A stretch of DNA of 11,376 nucleotides from a virus. Shown here in pieces: positions 8,137 through 11,376 of the stretch (within the stretch, counting starts at the first letter, position 1; the number at the start of each line of letters is the position of its first letter). The position numbers and the translations under genes are program-made. The DNA lies in the UHGV virus genome UHGV-0146776; one strand, 5' to 3'. A model generated the notes under the pieces. It saw nothing but the letters and a program-made list of their open reading frames with translations. It ran no database searches and had not been told where the DNA came from.

Positions 8137-8487
8137 TCACTTTAACCGTTCACGGGCCGTCTTCGCCTTATGACACGGCCAGCACAGACTCTGCAGATTA
8201 CTGTCAGCATCAGTGCCGCCATGCGCTTTAGGGATGATGTGGTCAACAGTTTTCGCCTCACGCACCACACCAGCACGCAGACATAACTGACACAGGCCTT
8301 TGTCACGCTTCAGAACACGCACGCGGATAACATCCCACTTCGAACCATAACCGCGCTGATGACGGGATTGTCCAGGTTTGTATTGCTTCCAGCCTTCGCT
8401 TTTGTGGCTTTCGCAGTAGCCTGACGGGTCCGTGGTTGTAGAGCGGCAGCCGCGAACACGGCAGGCTTTTGGGATTCTAGGGGGCAT
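8137..8487 (-). CDS. HNH endonuclease (terminase-associated)
   Basis: 116 aa with Cys-rich N-terminus (CRVRGC...CESH) and HNH core VDHIIPKAHGGTDADSNLQSLCWPCHKAK. Located immediately upstream of terminase small subunit. Confidence 0.85.
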   Translation of the reverse strand: MPPRIPKACRVRGCRSTTTDPSGYCESHKSEGWKQYKPGQSRHQRGYGSKWDVIRVRVLKRDKGLCQLCLRAGVVREAKTVDHIIPKAHGGTDADSNLQSLCWPCHKAKTARERLK

Positions 8488-8537
8488 ATAAAAAATTTAT
8501 AATAAGTAAAATAATAAAGAAAAATGCTCAAAGGCAA

Positions 8538-9092
8538 TTATCTTGACTCAAATACAAATCTAGAAGAGATGAGCTTATCAAGCATTTTCATAAGTAAATC
8601 CTTACTCTCACCACCATTTATATATTTATTAAAGTTAGACTCGAACTCATGCCAAACTTTTTCTAACTCAGTATTATCAAATAAGTGCTCTGTCGCAAAC
8701 CATGAAGACTGGCAACAATCGAAAATACTCAAAAGTTCATCAAATCTTTTAACATTCTCTTCTCCCAACTCAATTTGCTGACTAATAAGATCTACATCTT
8801 TAAATAGCCATTTCGCAATAACTTGCTCTCGTTCATCATTGAGTTGCTCGGGGTCAATATTGACAGGCATAAATAATAGAGCTGTCTTTAATTTCTTTAA
8901 TGCATTCCTAAAATCTATTTTTACTTTTGTTTTCTCTTGTTCCCGCCACGTAAACAATGCCTTGAACGCCAAAAACAAAGTAACAATAGTAGCTCCAGCA
9001 CTCACCCAAGATGCAATCATTGCCCAACAAGCCCACTCAGCAGCAGCACGGTTTGCTACAAGTGTCTCATATGCAATATAATTTTCGTTCAT
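8538..9092 (-). CDS. Hypothetical membrane-anchored protein (184 aa) in AT-rich island; candidate moron / exclusion or defence protein
   Basis: Long ORF in DNA that is about one-third G+C on sampled lines, where chance ORFs are rare. ATG at 9092 preceded by GAGGT. One N-terminal hydrophobic segment (about residues 16-47), then KALFTWREQEKTKVK, then an acidic helix-prone ~135-aa domain. No family-level motif recognised. Confidence 0.75.
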   Translation of the reverse strand: MNENYIAYETLVANRAAAEWACWAMIASWVSAGATIVTLFLAFKALFTWREQEKTKVKIDFRNALKKLKTALLFMPVNIDPEQLNDEREQVIAKWLFKDVDLISQQIELGEENVKRFDELLSIFDCCQSSWFATEHLFDNTELEKVWHEFESNFNKYINGGESKDLLMKMLDKLISSRFVFESR

Positions 9093-9098
9093 TTTTAC

Positions 9099-9116
9099 CT
9101 CACTGTTAATAGTGAG
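9099..9116 (-). promoter_or_regulatory. Dyad symmetry element overlapping the ribosome-binding site of the island gene
   Basis: CTCACT-gttaat-AGTGAG: 6-bp perfect arms around a 6-bp spacer with a central TTAA. On the mRNA the 3' arm overlaps the GAGGU SD of the 8538..9092 gene. Confidence 0.3.
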
Positions 9117-9169
9117 AGTATTGTAACTAAAAGCATAATAACTAGAACAGTCAAATAATAATATTTCAC

Positions 9170-9448
9170 CTAATGAATATTATTATTCAAATGCAGATTG
9201 AACTTTTGCTCTCCTAACCTACGAAGATCAGACTTATCACGGTTACATAGCCCCAGTGCTGATAGCAGACTTACATTCAAACTAAGACTATCCCCATAAG
9301 TCAGAGGATTGGGTATAACTGGCTGTGGAGTTTCAGCGAGCAGGTTCGTCGGTAACGGCATCGTTGGAACCTGCACGTATACTGTCCGCGTACTTCCGCA
9401 ACCGGTCAGCAGCGACATCAGGCACAGGGCGTGAAGCACAATCATCAT
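9170..9448 (-). CDS. Outer-membrane spanin (Rz1-like lipoprotein, o-spanin), overlapping the i-spanin gene
   Basis: Alternative frame inside the Rz gene and extending past it. Internal Met start gives MMIVLHALCLMSLLTGCGS, a signal peptide with lipobox LLTGC, followed by a Pro-rich segment (VQVPTMPLPTNLLAETPQPVIPNPL). Start codon choice (9448 versus 9514) and the C-terminal extent are uncertain. Confidence 0.6.
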   Translation of the reverse strand: MMIVLHALCLMSLLTGCGSTRTVYVQVPTMPLPTNLLAETPQPVIPNPLTYGDSLSLNVSLLSALGLCNRDKSDLRRLGEQKFNLHLNNNIH

Positions 9449-9725
9449 CCGCAACAGCCACTTTGATATCTTCCTGGGTTCTCTGTGACTCCAGTGCGAT
9501 CTGCTGTTTTGCATGTTGATTCGCCTCCTGAATGATGTTCGTTATTGCCATAGTACGCAGAACATTCGCGGTGATAGCCTCAGTAGAATCAGCTCGCTGT
9601 TCCGCAGCATCAGCACGCTTCTGCTCCTCCAGAAACTTTCCATGATAGTGATTCGCTGACCAGACAAGACCACCAGCGACACAAGCAATAAACGTTAAAA
9701 TGAGCGCCCAATAACTCATCTTCAT
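9333..9725 (-). CDS. Inner-membrane spanin (Rz-like, i-spanin)
   Basis: 130 aa with N-terminal TM helix (SYWALILTFIACVAGGLVW), then a charged coiled-coil-like periplasmic domain. ATGA overlap with the endolysin stop. Contains the lipoprotein ORF in another frame. Confidence 0.75.
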   Translation of the reverse strand: MKMSYWALILTFIACVAGGLVWSANHYHGKFLEEQKRADAAEQRADSTEAITANVLRTMAITNIIQEANQHAKQQIALESQRTQEDIKVAVADDDCASRPVPDVAADRLRKYADSIRAGSNDAVTDEPAR

Positions 9726-10336
9726 ACCAGCAGCGCCGCCCGCGCCTTGTTGTATCGGACCTTACGATCCTCAATACCGTTCAAACCGCCGTTAATGATG
9801 CGCGTAACACGGTTAATATCGGCACCGTAGATCATGCAACCTTTAGAGGTGTAGAACCATGCAGCTGAGCGCGCCGCCTGTAGTTCCTGTTCCAGTTGTT
9901 CAGGTGAAGTCACCAGATCTAACTTCAGCGCCGCGCCACAGATGCGATAATTATGGAGGCCAGTGATTTGAATTAATCCTCTACCACGATATTTCCAGCC
10001 ATCACCTGGTGCTTTGTTACCCAGTCGGTTGCTATACACCAGATTGGCAATAGCATCCTGACGAGCTGCATGTCCGGATGTTCTGCCAAGGGCATCAGCC
10101 TGCTGCTGTGTGATCCTCTTTCCGAACGTCGCCACAAGCGCAGATGGTGTGTAGTTAAGATTTTCAACTACGGCGCTAAACCCCATCGACTCATGGCCTG
10201 CCTGAGCGATAAACATTGCCTGATCCGCTGGTGCTGTAATGCCGAATTCCTTCATCGCCGCATCAATGTGCGGAAACCAGCGCGCAGCCAGCCCGGCGCT
10301 AATACCAGCCGCCTTTTGAAATAATTGTTGGTTCAT
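9722..10336 (-). CDS. Endolysin, glycoside hydrolase family 19 (chitinase-like lysozyme)
   Basis: 204 aa. Motif KYRGRGLIQITGLHNY is characteristic of GH19 catalytic domains. ATG at 10336 overlaps the upstream stop (TAATG) with GAGG SD. Flanked by membrane proteins upstream and spanins downstream. Confidence 0.85.
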   Translation of the reverse strand: MNQQLFQKAAGISAGLAARWFPHIDAAMKEFGITAPADQAMFIAQAGHESMGFSAVVENLNYTPSALVATFGKRITQQQADALGRTSGHAARQDAIANLVYSNRLGNKAPGDGWKYRGRGLIQITGLHNYRICGAALKLDLVTSPEQLEQELQAARSAAWFYTSKGCMIYGADINRVTRIINGGLNGIEDRKVRYNKARAALLV

Positions 10337-10617
10337 TAGTGCCTCAGATGATCAACCAGACGTGCAACGTTGCCTCTGACGGCCACCAGCACGGAAAGAA
10401 AAATAGTATTCGCCACGATAATGGGCCATGAGGAATGGGGATAAATCCCACAGAGATAGGCCAATGGAACAGCACTGTATGTAACAGTAATCAGCCAGGC
10501 TAAACGTGAAACCCAAGGACGATGCCGCGAATCACCACGACGATAAAACATCAGAGTAATAACAACACAAGCACATAACAGCGCATTTATAGTTGCTGTC
10601 GGGTCATTTAGCTCCAC
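10336..10617 (-). CDS. Small 3-TM membrane protein in lysis cassette (putative holin or antiholin partner)
   Basis: 93 aa with GTG start at 10617 preceded by GGAGGT at about 4 nt, overlapping the last 14 nt of the upstream holin gene. Three hydrophobic segments. Stop overlaps the endolysin start. Confidence 0.55.
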   Translation of the reverse strand: MELNDPTATINALLCACVVITLMFYRRGDSRHRPWVSRLAWLITVTYSAVPLAYLCGIYPHSSWPIIVANTIFLSVLVAVRGNVARLVDHLRH

Positions 10618-10990
10618 CTGAACCTCCCCGGCGCGTTATGAGCGCCACCAGCGAGCCGATATCCTGATTATTCAGGAATGTCAGGATTTTAACGGCTAAA
10701 GCAGAGACGATTACGGCACCAATAGCATCCAGAGGTTTATCACTGTATCCGGTCAAGTTCGCCAGCTTGGAGCCAACCAACCCAGAGCATAGGATCCCGG
10801 CAATATATGACACGATAAAATATGCCAGTCGGCGTGATGCACTCAGATCTGCTGCTGTTGCTATGTAGAATACAGCCCCTGCAAATGCGCCAAATACAAC
10901 GCCGTAATCAGTTCCGGTCAGCAGTCCATAAACACTGGCACCCGTCAGGGCACCACCAGCCAGCCCAGTACCGGAAATCGGATCGGACAT
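10604..10990 (-). CDS. Putative holin (Gly/Ala-rich multi-TM membrane protein)
   Basis: 128 aa with ATG at 10990 preceded by AGAGGGG. Multiple hydrophobic Gly/Ala-rich helices and a charged C-terminal tail (RRGGSGGAK). First gene of the lysis cassette upstream of the endolysin. Family not recognised with certainty. Confidence 0.6.
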   Translation of the reverse strand: MSDPISGTGLAGGALTGASVYGLLTGTDYGVVFGAFAGAVFYIATAADLSASRRLAYFIVSYIAGILCSGLVGSKLANLTGYSDKPLDAIGAVIVSALAVKILTFLNNQDIGSLVALITRRGGSGGAK

Positions 10991-11068
10991 TTAGCCCCTC
11001 TTAATTGCTGTTGGTCCTCTCAGATATGAGGGGAAGGGATCTTAATGACAGTCTGTTTATTATTTCAG

Positions 11069-11326
11069 TCAAACACTACCCTGTTGATGATTTCTCAGAA
11101 GCGAACTTGACTCCCAAGGGAAACTCAACTTTCCGTTAAAACCACCAGCAGACATTCGTTCAATTTCCACAGAAATATCACTGAGCCGTTCTTCAAGCTC
11201 TGCTTTTTCTTTTACCAGACGGTTATAGCGGCTTAGATGAAGCTTTTGCTGCTCCAGCCAGTCTTCAAGCTGTTCAACAGTCATACCAGGGTTAAAAAAA
11301 TATGGCTGCTGCTTTTCGCCCTGCAT
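11069..11326 (-). CDS. Hypothetical 85-aa protein, first gene after the tR'-like terminator
   Basis: Track ORF starts with TTG at 11347 inside the terminator. The ATG at 11326..11324 is preceded by GGAGGT at 5 nt. Central segment is charged and coiled-coil-like (EQLEDWLEQQKLHLSRYNRLVKEKAELEERLSDISVEIERM). No family recognised. Confidence 0.6.
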   Translation of the reverse strand: MQGEKQQPYFFNPGMTVEQLEDWLEQQKLHLSRYNRLVKEKAELEERLSDISVEIERMSAGGFNGKLSFPWESSSLLRNHQQGSV

Positions 11327-11340
11327 TATTGACCTCCAGA

Positions 11341-11370
11341 AAAGCAAAAACCCCGCCGAAGCGAGGTTTG
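11341..11370 (-). terminator. Rho-independent terminator (minus-strand sense), candidate tR'-like late terminator
   Basis: Minus-strand RNA reads CCUCGC-UUCG-GCGGGG: a 6-bp stem with one G-U pair (extendable to 9 bp by flanking A/U), a UUCG tetraloop, then UUUUUGCUUUU. In the plus-strand sense the same stem has a C-A mismatch and no U-tract. It lies a few nt upstream of the SD of the 85-aa gene. Confidence 0.55.
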
Positions 11371-11376
11371 TTATGA

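Noticed and set aside
8310-8537. 75-aa minus-strand ORF overlapping the HNH endonuclease gene in another frame
   Set aside because: Overlaps the N-terminal half of a gene with a clear HNH motif, has a low-complexity product and no independent start signal.
8524-9158. Three plus-strand ORFs (8524..8781, 8839..9081, 8937..9158) inside the AT-rich island
   Set aside because: All lie antisense to the single long minus-strand ORF, which has a proper ATG and SD; they are shorter, mutually overlapping and lack comparable start signals.
10991-11068. Imperfect hairpin (CCTCTCA-gata-TGAGGGG, about 11016-11033) between the 85-aa gene and the holin
   Set aside because: In the minus-strand (transcribed) sense it contains a C-A mismatch and has no U-tract; more likely incidental than a terminator. 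Kept only as a possible weak mRNA structure.
1-11376. Search for tRNA genes, CRISPR repeats, IS elements, integrase or attachment-site direct repeats
   Set aside because: By eye I found no cloverleaf-compatible 70-90-nt segments in the few non-coding gaps, no regularly spaced direct repeats and no transposase- or integrase-like ORFs; the window is almost entirely densely packed late genes. Short repeats below visual detection cannot be excluded without computation.

Overview
The window reads as one uninterrupted late-gene block of an HK97-like (lambdoid, cos-packaging) prophage of an enterobacterial-type host, with every supported gene on the minus strand. In transcription order (high to low coordinates): a tR'-like intrinsic terminator at the window edge, an 85-aa hypothetical gene, a lysis cassette (holin, overlapping 3-TM membrane protein, GH19 endolysin, Rz/Rz1 spanins), an AT-rich single-gene island, HNH endonuclease, a putative cos region, terminase small and large subunits, a tiny 2-TM ORF, portal, prohead protease, HK97-fold major capsid protein, a small ORF, head-tail connector/adaptor proteins, an HK97 gp10-family protein, a tail terminator-like protein, a major tail protein with Ig-like C-terminus, and the first codons of the next tail gene. 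No tRNA, rRNA, CRISPR array, IS element or integrase was recognised. The best candidate for something undescribed is the AT-rich island at about 8488-9170, which encodes a 184-aa membrane-anchored protein I could not assign to any family. Secondary candidates are the 60-aa 2-TM ORF between terminase and portal and the 85-aa gene between the tR'-like terminator and the holin. All product calls rest on motif recognition and gene order by eye; no database search was run. CDS coordinates follow the ORF track (stop codon included).
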